Shown one piece after another: positions 50,190 through 62,257 of a stretch of 64,000 nucleotides of DNA. The notes beneath the pieces are model-generated. The model searched no databases, was not told the origin of the DNA, and worked only from the letters and a program-made list of their open reading frames with translations. Source of the DNA: the human T2T-CHM13v2.0 reference genome, Homo sapiens; NCBI RefSeq assembly GCF_009914755.1, contig NC_060930.1, one strand, 5' to 3'. The first letter of the stretch is position 1. Every line of letters starts with the position of its first letter. The translations under genes and the position numbers were made by a program.

Positions 50190-50420
50190 CATAATTTTTG
50201 GTCCCAGCAAATAAGCTTCTAGGAATTTATTCCGTGGATATGCTCAGGGCAAGCGTCTTCTATAAAGCATTTATTTTATTGAAGAGAAAAAAACCTAGAA
50301 ACAACTTATTAATATATAACTGGCTAAATAATTATGAACCACACTATAATGGAATACATGTTACCCATTAAATAGAATACAGTATATGTGTATATATATT
50401 AATATAAAAATATCCTTGTG
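50190..50420 (+). mobile_element. L1ME-type fragment
   Basis: cccagcaa..cttctaggaatttat..gaaacaac..tggctaaataattatg..aatggaatac. Confidence 0.55.
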
Positions 50421-50574
50421 GTATAAAAAATGTTAGTTTGACATTATATATGTTACAATCTCATCAACATTCCTGTTGAAAGAATAAAGACTTCTATATC
50501 CATACATTTCTGAAAGCAGCAAAGTAAGTTATTAATAATGATTGTTTATGGAGAACAGAGGCCTACTTTTACTC

Positions 50575-50746
50575 TTTTATTTTTTTTTTCTGAGACAGCG
50601 TCTGTCACCCAGGCTGGAGTGCAGTTGCAGTAGTGTCATTATAGCTCACAGCAGCCTTAATCTCCAGGGCTCAAGCAGTCCTCCCACATCTGCCTCCCAA
50701 GTAGCTGGGGCCACAGGGGCATACTACCATGCAAGGGTAACTTTTT
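50575..50746 (-). mobile_element. Alu right arm (FRAM/AluJ)
   Basis: T tail, tgtcacccaggctggagtgcag..gggctcaagcagtcctcccac..cccaagtagctggg. Confidence 0.88.
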
Positions 50747-50779
50747 AAAAAATCTTTTCAAATATAATACAAAACTTAT

Positions 50780-51057
50780 TATTTTTAAAATTTTCTACAT
50801 TACATAATAATTGTACATAATTCTAGGGTACAATATGATGTTTTAATACATGTACAGATTGTGCAATGATCAAATCAGAGTAATTAGCATATCCAGCATC
50901 TTAAACATTTGGCATTTCTTTGTGATGAGAACATTAAAAAACGTCTAGCCATTTTGAAATATAAAATATTGTTAACTTCAGCCATTCTACTGTGCAATAG
51001 AACACCAGAACTTATTCTTCCTACCTAACTGTAGCTTTTTACCCATTGGTCAACCCT
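50780..51057 (-). mobile_element. L1MA 3' end
   Basis: ataattgtacat..aatgatcaaatcagagtaattagcatatcc..tgcaatagaacaccagaacttattc. Confidence 0.82.
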
Positions 51058-52756
51058 TTAAATAAGAAGTATTATTAAAACACACAATGTGGGCTCCTTC
51101 AACTAAGCACTGATTTCTTCTTTATGTATTGTTTCTTTCTAAGCACTTATTTTTCTTTTTAGCCCAAATTCACAGGCCCAGTCTCCAAAGTAGCCTATGG
51201 AAAGCCTCCTATCTTCACATCCTTCTGTCCCACCTGATCAAAATCTTTTTTGTGTTTCTATCTAGATCTAGTTTGCATCATATCAATAATGCTAGGGAGA
51301 AGCAGTTTGTAATTGGTTAATGAGTGATGGAATGGGCTGAGAGGAGTAATCCAGGGTGTGGGAGGGAGCAACTTTGGCCTAGCCATACATATTGAAAATA
51401 AAAGCCAGAAGGGTGAGCAGTAAGTAGTAATTTGGAAAAACGGAGGGTTTGATAACAAATGTTAAGAAGAGATTCAGACCAAATGAGGACATGGGTTACA
51501 GAAGAAAAGTAGGTTATTGTAAAAAAAAAAAAAAAAAAAAGTCAGAATTTCACAGTGTTGGAGGTAGAAGACTGTCAGGGAATATTGCAATTCAATATTC
51601 AATGTGTAAACAATGTTCAAATGTGTGATTGCCAAAGTGGAATGGAGGTGGTTTTCTCTGTAATTCCTCATGAAAGAATTTACTGTATATATTTGTACAT
51701 TACAGGTAAAATCCTCATTTCTCAGTGAAACAAAGTGAATCCTGTCATTAGAAACTTCCCAGTGAGAGCAGTGGGGCCAGAGAAAATTTCTCTCCTTTGG
51801 TAATAAGCTGTACAAGTCAGTTCTGCCAGCTGTAGGCAGCTAAATGCACTCTGTAGTTTCCCCAAGATAACCTGCTGATTTATGCATATTGCAATCTCTC
51901 AATCCATATGTCTGGGCCAGGGTCAGACAATATTCCTGAAGAACGTGAGCTGATGCTTTTAGCTAGGAATGTGTTGTAGGTCGCTGAGGTTCCTTGGATC
52001 ACCTCCAGGGCAGTGGACCTGGATCTTCAAAAACCTTATGTTTTTATGTTTTCCTGGCTTCTTTATAAATGCTGAAGAGTACATGAGTATTGATACACAA
52101 ATAACGGAAATTTTAAATTGATTTTTAGATAGTAATTATGATTTTTATATTAATTCTATTTTTCTAATATTCTTTGTAGTATGTGGTACTTCATTAAAAT
52201 TGTGTATCTTTCTGCCTATGAAAAATATTGAAGGATGATCAATGACTCATAAGAATAAATGACTATTTGTTTGATAATATGGAGAATCAAGAGTAGCCAC
52301 TTAAAGTTGTAATTAAATATTGAGAATTGTGAAAAATGCAATCATACAGCAATTCTAAGATATTCTAATAATATATACCAGAACTAATAATATATTTTAT
52401 TAGTGTTTTATAAGCATTAATAAAAATTCTTAAAGAATTAAACAAATGTCAGTGTTCAGTTGCTTCTGGAGAAAAAAAAGAATTAAAGCCTGCCACCAAA
52501 GTAAGTGTAGATGACATAATCAGAACTACTGCTGAAGAGTAAAATGTTTCAATGAGTCAGACAAATAAAAGAACAAGATCACTTTTAAAAAATATTTAAC
52601 GAAGTATACCTAATTCCCATACTTAACCTAAAATAACTTAAACGATACCCAAATAACCAACCTAGGTTCATGGAAAGCTCCCTGTAAGATACAGCTCTGT
52701 GGTAGCTTTGTTATACTTTGTTATACAAATATGTATTGATGAGTTCACCACAGTCA

Positions 52757-53095
<339 letters not shown>

Positions 53096-53839
53096 TCACC
53101 ACAGTCATTTTCATTTAAAAGTAAGTAGAATTGTTTAAGTAATTTTTTGTAAGAAACACTGGGCCTCATCTCTGAAGCCTAGGATATTTTAAAGTGGACC
53201 ATTATATTTAGGCATTTTGATTTATGGATATACTTTTCTTATACACAGAGTACAGTTTACTGTGTTATTTTTTATCTAAAACAGAACGTTACCGAATATT
53301 CCAAGAGAAAATGAAATGCTTCATGAATTCTCTGATTCTCCTAATCTAAGAATTTATCAAAAATGTATTACCTAATAGAGCAATTAAAAAATTCATATAT
53401 ATCAAGATGCTGCAATTTCACTGAGGAATTAAAAATTAAGTTGTTTAGTCTTTCATTTTCTTGTGGTGTATATTCTTATTGATTTATACTTTGTTATGTG
53501 TATACTAGAGCAGACAAATATAACCTAAGCGTCCGTCACTTTTTCAAGAGGACGTATTTATTTATTTAGCTATTATATTTACTTATGTTTCTTAAATAAT
53601 GGCAAGATATTTGTAAAAATAAAACAAAAAGCAACCATTTATTAATAGAGTATATTAAAAATATAAAATATATTCCAATGGTTAAAATCAAATGAGTATT
53701 TAACATGATGGAACATTTTAAGACTTCATAATTCACAAAAACAACTATCTTCTGTAAACAAGATGATTATGTTCATATATGAAAAATACTCACGAAACAT
53801 ATGTTGGGAATATTTCTATATTCCCAGATATAAACAGGA

Positions 53840-53980
53840 ATGGTGATGTCTCAGATCAGCACCATCAGCATGACCTGAGAAACTGTTGTAAATACAAATT
53901 CTAGGCCCTAACCTAACTCTACTAAATTAGAAATAAGAAATAGAGTACAGCAAGCTGATGCACTCTAAAATATAACAACT
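53840..53980. mobile_element. MER5A fragment
   Basis: cagcaccatcagcatgacctgagaa..tgtt..aaatacaaattct.ggccc. Confidence 0.65.
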
Positions 53981-54168
53981 ATTAACACAGAAGAATAAAT
54001 ATATATTACTACAGTTAGACAACTAAGGTAATTCAGAGGACAAAACCAACTGGACCTAAACAAGTTGATATTACTGGGAACCTTAGTCCTAAAATAACAA
54101 ACATTGTCTAGAACTGAACCAGGATTTACGTAGGTAATACAAAGATTTGGCTATAGCAATCAAATCAA

Positions 54169-54637
54169 TGTCAGTGTTCCATAAAGGTCTGTTTAGACTC
54201 CTTTACTATCTCCAGCTCTCAGAGTGCTTCTACTTTCAACAACCAGCCCCTATGTCTGTGTCTGAAGCTAGCACTCAGGCTGCAAGAACTTGCCTGCCTC
54301 ACCCTAGTTGAAGATTTTTGCGAATTTAGAGCACCTGATCTTACCCAGGGATGGCTAAACCAGTAACTGAGTGCTGTGGCATGTAAATACTTCAGCTGCT
54401 GCCTTTCCTATGAATCTTCTAAAAGATGGCCCACATTATTTCCACATTTTCCCTACAGGATCGCGTCAAACTTACCTTCCAGGAGACTTTGCTTGGTGCA
54501 CCATCCCTCTATGTCCTTTCCTTCCCAGTCCTGCTTCTCTATTCCACTACTAGTTATCCTAGAAATAATTCCTACTCTCTCCCTATCACGTGAACCTTCA
54601 TCTCTGTATCCACTCCTGAGGAGCCCAACCATAAACA
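54169..54637 (+). mobile_element. LTR16-family ERVL solo LTR
   Basis: TG..CA, gtaaatac.tcagct, ttccttccc..tcc..cttc.c.attcc.ctac, atcacgtg..cct.catctc..gagcccaacc..aaca. Confidence 0.55.
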
Positions 54638-54748
54638 GCTTATATTCTTACCTGCATAAGCCAATAACACGAGATTTTTGTATCAAAGTGGTTGGAGATA
54701 TCCTCACATCATTTTATCTTTTGCTGTGAAACTGTATTTCCACCACCC

Positions 54749-55114
54749 TATCAGGTTCTAACTGAGGTCCAAGAGGAGCTGTTGGGCAAGTGGCAAGTAG
54801 CTGGAAAAATACTCGAGGAATCACAGACGGTTTCGACATGACTTTACTTTCTCTATGGGCATGAACGAGAGCCATATGTGCAGCTTAGGCAGGGTAATTA
54901 TACCTTCTACAGACAATAGTGGCTCTGAGCCAAGCGTGAGCTCATATGGGTGATCATCTAATTCACCTCATGTGGTGTGGTTACATAATGTGCTACATGT
55001 TGTGGTTACATAATGTGCAGGGTTGTGTACCTGCACTCCAAACCCACTGAGTCTTGCTGGACCAGATATCTGCCTCGGCCTATTCTTGACCACAGTACTT
55101 CAATTTTTCTTACA
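54749..55114 (-). mobile_element. LTR18 (A-like, 366 bp): complete 3' LTR of HERV-S/HERVL18
   Basis: Minus strand starts TGTAAGAAAAATTG..GGTCAAGAATAGGCCGAGGCAGA, has TATA-like GGTATAATTA, AGTAAA signal, ends ..AACCTGATA; purine-rich PPT-like 55115-55128 adjoins. Confidence 0.88.
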
Positions 55115-57575
55115 CTCTACCTGCTAGGCCAAGGGAGACATAGGGCTTGGACACACAAGTCTGACATAGAGGCTTGATACATAGGTTTTGGGCACACAGG
55201 CCGGACACACAGGCTTAATACCTAAGCCTGACACATAAGCTCTGGGAACACAGGCCTGATACACAAGCTTCACACACAGGCCCCAGACACACATGTTGGA
55301 CATATGTGGGCAACCACCCCATGGTGACTTTACCCCAATGTTGCTTTATATATTAAGCCAGGTTTTTTGTTCCCCTACCTTTAGGGGAGTTGGGGCAGGC
55401 AACAACAGGTTACTGTTTGTCCCCATACCTGGTCAAAGAAGGTCATCCTTCCCCGTATAGGTCTTGCCACATGGCCTGGCCCCACATGGGCCGGTGACTA
55501 ACTAGCCACTTATGTAACTTCTAAGTAGTTAAACACAAGGTTAAGCCTCGACAAACTTCCCAGCTATTGGTGCAGATTACCATAGGTGTCACCTCCTTGG
55601 TGATCACCATTCATATGGCTCTGAATTCAGCCAGTTGGCTACTTCGTCCATACCCGGTTTCAAACCATATGGTAATTAGTGCTAAACTGGACTGCAACAG
55701 CTGTCCAGGCAGCAGTAGCACCTTGGCTAGACCCATCTGTGTACCATGCCCCATGGGGAATTGGGGGGACACCCTTCCTTAAATGGTGAAGGCTCAGGGT
55801 CTAGGGGTACCTCAGGTTCCTTGGCCTTAGGCCCCATGGCCTTAAATTGCATTAGGACTACAGGTCCCAAGACCTCTTGCAGCTCTGTTGCTAAAGGATT
55901 TGCATTCAGAGTACTTCACTGCTCTAAGTAGGTGCTCTACGTTGCTCAAGTGGATGTCTGTGCTGCCCTAGTCTGTGGGGTCATTATCTATGAGCGCCCC
56001 CATCCTGCTAATGGGTAGGTCATCTGAATGACAACTGTAGTCCATTATGCCATGCTCTCATAAGCCTGAAGGGCAGCATATGCAGTTACTAACTGCTTTC
56101 CCAGTTCGGAGGGTCGTTATCCATGAACGCACCCATCCCAGTATCTGGTAAGTCATCCGCATGATGACTGTAGCCCATCAGGCCATGCTCTCATGAGCCT
56201 GAAAGGCAGCATATGCAGTTACCAAATGCTTCTCTTTCAATGAATACCTCAGCTTAGCTCCATTCCATAGTTGGGACCAAAAGGCTACTGGTGTTCTTAA
56301 GCCCTCTGTGTGCTGCCACAGGCCCCAGCTGAAACCATCTGTGGTCACATGCAAGTCCAGCTCAAACGGGTGCCCCTGGTCAACTACCTGTAGGGCTTGT
56401 GCCTGCTGAATAGCCCATTTGGCTTCCAGGAAGGCAGTCTCAGCCACACTATCTTAATTCTAAGCAAGGGGATCATGGCCACTTCTAAATCTGCAAGAGA
56501 ATCAGAGGTTAGGATAGTATCATTAACAAGACCATAACATGGTGGGGCTATGCACATAGCCTTGCAGCAACACTATGAATATCCATTGTTGCCCTCCCAT
56601 GAAGGCAAACTGTTCCTGGCTCTGTAGGAAAAAAAATGCATTAGCTAAGTCCACCACATAGTGGTACTGTCCCAATTCTGTCATCAAGAGGTCCATTCAG
56701 TCTGTGATAGATAGCACAGCTGCCAAGTCGTGTAAAATGTCCACTCCCAGAATGTATCTGTGCTGGTGTCTGTGCCCTCTGGTTGTCCAGTGTTTCCCCA
56801 AGCTGGGCACCTTGGCCAGTTCCCTTATCAAACAGAAAAGGCTTTACAACCCCGCCTGGCTGAAGCACTTAGTCTTTGAGCTGGAGTGCCCAGGCGGGAC
56901 TGGGTCATGCAGCAATGTTCTTCTCCCCTTTGGGCATTTTCTGGAATGTCACAATGAGCATGTCACTCATTAGGGCACCATTTTCTCCCATGGGGGACCC
57001 ACCTTGTGTCTGGGGCATCTTCACCCTTTTTATGGCACAGACCCCTTGTTCCCGCCAATGGCCTCCTCAGTCTCAGACCGAGTGGAGGTCTCCAGCAGAG
57101 ACAACGGACCCAGGCCTGCATTCACAGCAGACTCTAATTTTTTTTCCAAGCTCTGTAGCCAGGCCTCCAGGTGCCCCACCTGCACCTGGAGGTCCCCATT
57201 CACGTCAGCTTCTAACTATTTTGCTGAAGTGTGTAGCTGGGCTTCCAGGAACCGCTCCTGTGCCTGGAGGACCCTTACCTCTGCTGCATCCCTTAGGGAC
57301 TGGGTGTGTATTTCTCATAGTGCAGTCAAAAATGCCCACCCCACTCCGCTGGCAAAAACTCACTTCTACTCAGTGCTCTGTGCTTCCAGCTGCTTCAGCG
57401 CCTTCTCCATGCTCATGAGGGACCCATCTACTGCTGCCCGGGTTTCCACCAGAACCCATCCTCGCAGCACAGCTGCCACTGGGGTGCCACAACCCATGTT
57501 GTGGCCACATGGTTACTCCGGAATCAGTGGGGACCGAAGGCTCACCCAGCTTGGGATCCTGCCAACTACGTCAAA
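55115..57575 (-). mobile_element. HERV-S / HERVL18 internal region, heavily deleted (gag start, RT and RNase H remnants)
   Basis: Minus-strand RT motifs VVDLANAFF (about 56631-56657), EQFAF, QGYVHSP (about 56544-56564); connection/RNase H-like ORF 56178-56447; gag-like PVAAVLRGW with stops. Confidence 0.87.
57556..57573 (-). promoter_or_regulatory. tRNA-Ser primer-binding site
   Basis: + strand ATCCTGCCAACTACGTCA vs tRNA-Ser 3' end ATCCTGCCGACTACGCCA (16/18), 2 nt from LTR end. Confidence 0.88.
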
Positions 57576-57712
57576 TGTCATGCCAAGTGTCAGGTTCCAG
57601 CTCAAGCTGAGGACTGAGGAGAGTGGGTGGACGAGTTGTGGGCAGCTGAAAGAACACTCAAGGAATTGAAGGGAGTTTTGACATGGGGCTTTACTCTTTT
57701 CCTGGGCTCGCA
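57576..57712 (-). mobile_element. LTR18 R-U5 only (truncated 5' LTR, no U3)
   Basis: Minus strand AGAGTAAAGCCCCATGTC..GGAACCTGACACTTGGCATGACA then PBS. Confidence 0.82.
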
Positions 57713-57870
57713 TGCAGAGAAAAAAGTGAGTTAAAAAAAGAGCAGGAAAAAAAAAAAGAGTGAAGCCATGTCAAAACTCCCTAGGATTCTTTGAGTGTTC
57801 TTTCAGCTGCCCGCCGCTCAGCCACCCACTGCCCTCGGTCCTCAGCTTGGGCTGGAAACTGACAGTGACA
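57713..57870 (+). mobile_element. Second LTR18 R-U5 in inverted orientation
   Basis: AGAGTGAAGCCATGTC..GGAAACTGACAGTGACA; reverse-complement match to 57588-57700. Confidence 0.82.
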
Positions 57871-57914
57871 CATCTTTTTTTGCATTTTTATGTGACACTG
57901 TCTTGTAAGTAGAT

Positions 57915-58066
57915 GTTATTTTTTAGAACAGTTTTACATATACAATAAATTCAGAGTATCTGTATGTCCCACACCCAGTTTCACCTTGTCATTAACATTA
58001 TACATCAGTATAATGCATTTGTAACATTTAATAAAATAATATTGATGCACTATTATTATTACTAAG
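57915..58066 (-). mobile_element. L1MC 3' end fragment
   Basis: tttttagaacagtttta..cacccagtttc..attaacat..acatcagt..catttgt.aca. Confidence 0.7.
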
Positions 58067-58139
58067 GAGGAATCTATTTTTGGTTAGATTCTACTCATCT
58101 TTCAAGACTCAGCCCATGACCAATCTGCTTTATAATTTT

Positions 58140-59740
58140 GTCCTCACTCATTCACTTAAAATTCAACAATTTTTAAAGCACTTAATATGTACACCGAGAA
58201 TTATTTTCATTGTTGAAGATAAGGCAGTAAGACATAGATACCAAGTGTTGCTTATCATAAAAATTAAATTTTAATAGAGAGGGTCAAATCACAAAGAAGA
58301 AAATAAATGCATATAAATATAATTTTACAGAATAACAAAAGCTACAAAGATCTAAAAATAGTAAAATATAAAGGTCATTAGAAAACTGATAAACTTTGAA
58401 GAGGATGGTCTATTGCGGGATCTGGCCAGCAGCCCATAATGCAACGGGGCTGTCCCTTTGTTCCCAGGCAGATTGGCAGGTTGAGAAATAATAGACACAC
58501 ACAAGATAGTGAAAGCTGGGTCCAGGGGGGTCACTGCCTTCTGGTCCCGTGGTGCCAACAATGCACTGGATATACCAGCATTTATTATTAAGTTTAGTGA
58601 GGGCAGGGGTAGGTTAGTGAGAGCTTTAGGGTCATTTAATTATGAGGTGAGATGGTCACATGGGGATGAAGTAATTCTTTAACATAACATTTGTATGTAG
58701 AAGCACAGTACATTTGTATGTAGAAGTACAGTATACAGAGATAAGAATTTACAATATAGTGTGTACGTCAGTAATTTCTAACAGAGCCTTAAAACAGAAA
58801 CACAATCTTTCCATAACCGATGATTAGCAAGATATTAATCAGCATTAACAATTGCAACAAAAGCAGGTTACAAATAATCCATGGAAACAGGACGTGAAGC
58901 TAAACAACCGGTTAGACCAGAAATTCTCAGAAGGGAGTATGCCTTAACCCTAAAGAGGCCTAGAAGAGCCCTGGCAAGATGAGGGTGTTTATAGTCCTAT
59001 CTTATCCATATGGACAGGCGCCTCCCATGCATCCGTTTATGGGCTCTCCACAAGGGTTGCATTCCATTCCCAGAGCTATGAACATCTGCTTTTCTGGGAT
59101 AAGAATCTTGGTGATGTGAAACCTCCCTGACTGCACATCCATTCATAGGCTCTCTGCAGGGGGAAGCACATCATGTGCTGTTGGCTTGTTCTGGCAGTCC
59201 AAACTGGCATGGTCTTTACACAATCCTGCATGCAATTTTGTATTTACAATAATCAGGAGCATTTCATCTTTTATTCCGTAGCAATAGTTTCAGGGGGTCT
59301 CCCTACAATGGTCTATATAATAGTTCTGTGCAGCATCACTGGAACTGACATCTTAATGGTTAGAGTTAAAGGGCCAATTGGCCATACAAAGATCTGAGAA
59401 ATGGAAAGCCCAGGCAGAGGAAATAGCAGTTCCTAAGAGCATAAGGTATATTTGATGTATGTGAAAACAGAAAGAAACCCAAAGCGTCTAGAGGGAAAGA
59501 GGGAGAATAGTGTTATATAAGGAGGGGAACTTATGCAGAAGCAATCTCATAAGGCTGTCAGGAGAGAGAAAGCAGTGCTGAAACCATTTTAAGCCCAGTG
59601 AGAAATCAGTAGGTACTAATAATTAGGGGATGTAATTCAGGGCATGAAATAAGGTGATTAACTTCTAAAAATATCATTCTGAAGAATAAAGTGGGTTATG
59701 CAGGAATGGCAGGAAGGTAGAGAGAAGAGATGACTGCCTG
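58140..59740 (-). mobile_element. L2 (interrupted by MER11D)
   Basis: cactcattca..ttcaacaa..ttaagcact.a.atgt; resumes after LTR (ccaggcagaggaaatagcag). Confidence 0.6.
58411..59307 (-). mobile_element. MER11D solo LTR (HERV-K HML-7)
   Basis: Minus strand starts TGTAGGGAGACCCCCTGAAACTATTGCTACGGAATAAAAG; 897 bp; perfect 6-bp TSD ATGGTC (58405-58410 / 59308-59313), as expected for ERVK. Confidence 0.9.
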
Positions 59741-60571
59741 ATGCTTATCTTTTAAACTGTCTTTAGCCCCTGTTTCTATTGTATAGACTTATTTTATTTC
59801 TTCTTATAATGAGAGCTGTTTATGACAGGGGCCAAGTCTAATAATTTTTGTTCTCCAACTGATAAGCATAATGTTTGATACATAGCAGGTACTAACTATT
59901 GAAAGAAAAAAATTAATGATTTCTAAAACCCAAAAGCTAGTTAACACCAAGTCCAACTCTATTTATTTTTAAATGCAGAATACTCAGCAAATCAAATTTC
60001 TCATAATTTCCATTTAAATCATCAACTACTATATAAACAATCATGTTCATCAAATCTGTTATATAATTTAATATTATGTTATATTCTCTCTCAAGCCATT
60101 TTTTCCCTAATGAGTTAGAACAAAATTTAATTATTTAAGCATTTTCTGCTTGGTTTTATTTCTAAGCTATTAAATTATTTGCAGATTTTCTTACATTTCT
60201 GCTAATTCATCACATTCTTTTTAATATGTACATCTCAGAAGGAAACTAACAAATGTACAGAACGGAAAAGTGTGCATATTTTATTATAATGTAGTTTTTG
60301 TGTATTGACAGATTGTAATAATTTAAATTTAAAAAATGCTATAAAACGGTATATGGCACTAATGTTTAATAAGTGATATAATTACATCAAGAAGGTGCTA
60401 GTGCTTGTCATGAATATAAAATAATAGAACAACGCTATATTTTGGCATTTTACAGATAATTGCCAGCTGAATTTTCTTTTACGTAATGAACTATCTCAAG
60501 GTATGTATAATCTAAAGGGAAGTAGGGATTGAAGGGGAAACATTTTGAAATAATTAATTTTAAACTTCATT

Positions 60572-60990
60572 CTGTTAATGATTGTTGCTAAAATAATCAC
60601 TATCACAGAACAAAATGGCAGTAGTTTAGTAACAAGAAAAGTCTACTTCATAGTTAACAATACAATGTCAGTGTCTTGTTGGCAGGCTGCCTTTATCCAC
60701 ACGATGATCCAGGATCCCAGCTCCTTTCATTGTGTGGTCCATCTTCCCTTAGGGCCTTGTCAATCTCTTCATCTAGCCAGCAGAGAAGAGAAAATTTGGA
60801 GAAAGCGCAACAGATACTTAAAATCTGGTTCCACAAATACAATATTTCACTTTCCCTCAAAGGAAAGTTACTTCCATAGCTAACCTCGATATCAGGAGAC
60901 TGGAGAATTTGGTCCCGAAACTGGATATTTTACTTTTGAGTGACAGTTGTATACTATAGAATATCAACCACAGTGCTCACATGGAAACTT
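60572..60990 (-). mobile_element. Old MLT1 (K/L-like) LTR
   Basis: atccaggatcccagctcctttcattgtgtggt.cc..catct.gccagcaga..ggagactggagaat. Confidence 0.55.
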
Positions 60991-61246
60991 TCGCTATTCT
61001 AACCATACTCAAAGCCTTCTTTTTATGATATTTAGAATCAACAAACTATCATTTGTCTGAACATGTGGATGTATTTTTTTGTATTCATATCTTATTATGG
61101 ATTATCCTTCCCCTGCCAGACCTTTCTTGAAAGACGACATACTGTCTTGGTTGAAACATTCATTTTATTAAAGAGAAGATTGAAATCTAGAGAAATTAAG
61201 TGGCTGCCCAAGGCCACATATTTAGTTAGTAACAAACTCATAATTA

Positions 61247-61515
<269 letters not shown>

Positions 61516-61854
61516 CTGATTTTTGTTGTTTTCTCAGTACCTCACCAATCCTAATAATTAATTTCAGCAGAGTAGTAAATAGCTAATACATTGATTTTCA
61601 AGCACTTAGCAGCAGATGTCCCATATTGGAGAATAATACTTATTATTATAATAAAACTATTGCTTTATTGGTCAGTTTCCATACATTTTGGAAGAAAACT
61701 ACTTCATTAGTTTAGTATTTCTGGGGCAACTGCATGTTACTGCAGGCCCTATAGAGCTTGTACTCTAAAGGACTAGATCACTCTAAAATATATATTATTT
61801 GAATTATACATACTAAGACTATGTAAAGGAATGTACAAAAATGGTGAGTTTTTT

Positions 61855-62257
61855 GTTTGACTTCTTGGGAAACAACCTAGGAGATGGATGTTAGTACGCA
61901 GGCAGTTTATTAGAGAGTGTTCTAGGTATAAATACTTGTGGAAGGGACAGGAGGAAGCAAGACTCACTATGGGCTTCAGTCCACCCATACAAGGGCCTCA
62001 GCTGTGCTTATTGGTAGCTCCGATGCTGGGATGATACTCCAAAGTTGTCTCAAGTTGAAGTAAGGGTTGGGCTTTTATATCTCAATATTAATCACTCATT
62101 GGAAGAAAGGCACCTCATGAAGAAATTATCACCTTGGGCAAGGTGTCTTTCTTCATCTATATTTGAAGGAGGCTAGAAGCTGAGAGCTGTCCTTGCAGAA
62201 ACTGGGTATACCAGTCATGAATTTCAATCTGGGTGTTACCTCATGTTGTCCACTACA
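61855..62257 (-). mobile_element. LTR16A-like ERVL solo LTR
   Basis: gcagg.agtttattag.gagtg..tgtggaaggga..ggaagca..ggcctcagc..gttgtc..ccactaCA. Confidence 0.65.

Noticed and set aside
57556-57573. tRNA-Ser-like sequence as a tRNA gene
   Set aside because: Only the 3' 18 nt including a CCA-equivalent, next to an LTR: it is a primer-binding site
54749-57870. L1-retroposed (processed) HERV copy as the reason U3 is missing
   Set aside because: The 3' LTR retains a full U5, and there is no poly(A) tail or long TSD
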